A stretch of 64,000 bases of DNA from Takakia lepidozioides. Taxonomy: Eukaryota; Plantae; Bryophyta. Location of the stretch: the NCBI GenBank assembly GCA_030704615.1, contig CM060734.1, positions 20,770,001-20,834,000 of the forward strand, in the 5' to 3' direction. Below, piece by piece: positions 62,795 to 64,000 of this stretch; the first letter of the stretch is position 1, and each line of letters begins with the position of its first letter. The translations under genes and the position numbers were made by a program. The notes beneath the pieces were generated by a model that worked only from the letters and a program-made list of their open reading frames with translations, was not told the DNA's origin and did not search any database.

Positions 62795-63245
62795 CTTGAT
62801 CTTGGGTACCCCCACTGATGCCGTCCAACTTATAGGAAACATCTACACATACAGTACCACTGAATACTTTGGTGCCTACTATGGCTCCACCCCTCCTATC
62901 TCCATCCTCCGAGGAACCATCCAAGGAGACACCTTAAGTTCTTACCTATTCATTATCTTTCTAGAACCCCTACTCTGATGGCTAGTCCGTGACAAACTTG
63001 GGTATGAATACAAAACCTCATCAAGTAACATCTCAGCTGCAGCATATGCAGACGATCTCGCTATCCTGGCACACAAACCACAACACCTAAATCGACAAGT
63101 TAACAAACTATTTAGATTCAATCTATGGTCAGGCATGGAACTCAGCTTACACAAATGCGTCATCACTACCGCCACACATCACAGTCGGCTCACCAAAGCA
63201 ACCATAGCCTCACATTGCAAACTCTATGTACACTACCAAAACATA
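62795..63245 (+). mobile_element. Non-LTR retrotransposon RT fragment
   Basis: Reads RGTIQGDTLSSYLF...AAYADDLA. Cut by C' at 63246. Confidence 0.8.
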
Positions 63246-64000
63246 TGTCATGGTTTTAGTCATGGTTAACTAGAATTACCTACTTCTAGTTAATTAGGAT
63301 AATTTTCATATTAATATTTGTATTTTGTGTGTTGGGACTTCATTTGGTCTCATATGCCAAGTGAGGTGTCAAGCCTCACTTAGGACATGGGAAAGGGGTT
63401 TTCCCCTTGTGAGTGTTGAGGAGGGCTCATCTGCTTGTAGTTGAGCCTCCATGAGCTTCTCTCACCTCCATAGCTCTAGATATTGAGAGGGAGTGTGTTA
63501 AGGGCTTTGTAGGGTAGATTCCCTTAGCAAGGGTGGTCTTGGCTTGACTTAGTTTATGTGATAGAGTGGATTTCACTTGGAAAGACTAGGCTTGTTCATA
63601 GTGTGATTGCTTCATGCTTAGAGAGCTTTCATTGTCTTCCACTTCTCTCATTTCTCATCTCTTATCACTACAAGAAGATCACCTTATGCTTATGAGTGCG
63701 GAGTGTAAGGATTAGTTTTGCACTTGTATGTTAAAGAGGTTGAGAGCTAGGAGAATTTAGCTCTTGTATCACATGGCTTGCAAGGGGTTGCAAAGAAAGG
63801 TGCTCAAGTGTTGCATGCACCAAGGAGTTGGAGAGCTTGAGAAGAAAGCTCTTGAGTCACAAGATTTTGCAAGGATTGCAAGGAGGAAGTCTTGTGTGTG
63901 TGGAAACATGGATTGTAGGGTTTGAGAACCTTTGTATGCATTATGGAGTCAATGGTGTGTGCCATGGCTTGTGGAGAGTGACTAAACGTTTGTTAGTGCT
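63246..64000 (+). mobile_element. 5' terminus of a C' element (runs off the window)
   Basis: Starts TGTCATGGTTTT. Homologous to 45310-46053 (reverse complement) and related to repeat C. Confidence 0.8.

Overview
This is a TE-dense, heterochromatin-like window from a land plant (PLS/DYW-type PPR pseudogene; probably a seed-free lineage, species not determinable). Most of it is nested retroelements. The main finding is a Ty3/Gypsy family (family B) whose polyprotein runs Gag - protease - C5 cytosine DNA methyltransferase (DNMT3-like, non-permuted motifs I-X) - RT - RNase H - integrase - PHD finger. Two copies carry the MTase and the PHD: B1 (1..22948, interrupted) and B2 (9227..20061, inserted into the RT of B1 with a 4-bp TSD). 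A third, integrase-only fragment lies at 27048..27624. B2 lacks ordinary matching LTRs and instead has a split A...B-A-B terminal repeat layout. Other content: three copies of a chromovirus (family A; one near-intact at 34381..41338 with TSD GTAGA), a full-length Copia (52822..57552, TSD ATGAG), fragments of an RLE-type non-LTR element with a highly structured 3' tail, an RTE-like LINE end, a MULE/SWIM-like remnant, a poly-G-TIR MITE, a PPR-DYW pseudogene that has become a tandem array, and one intact host gene (RING-HC E3 ligase, 60133..61944). All TE ORFs are broken. The very dense indels at about 14300-19300 may partly be consensus errors. Coordinates were read by eye and may be off by a few bases. 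No database searches were run.
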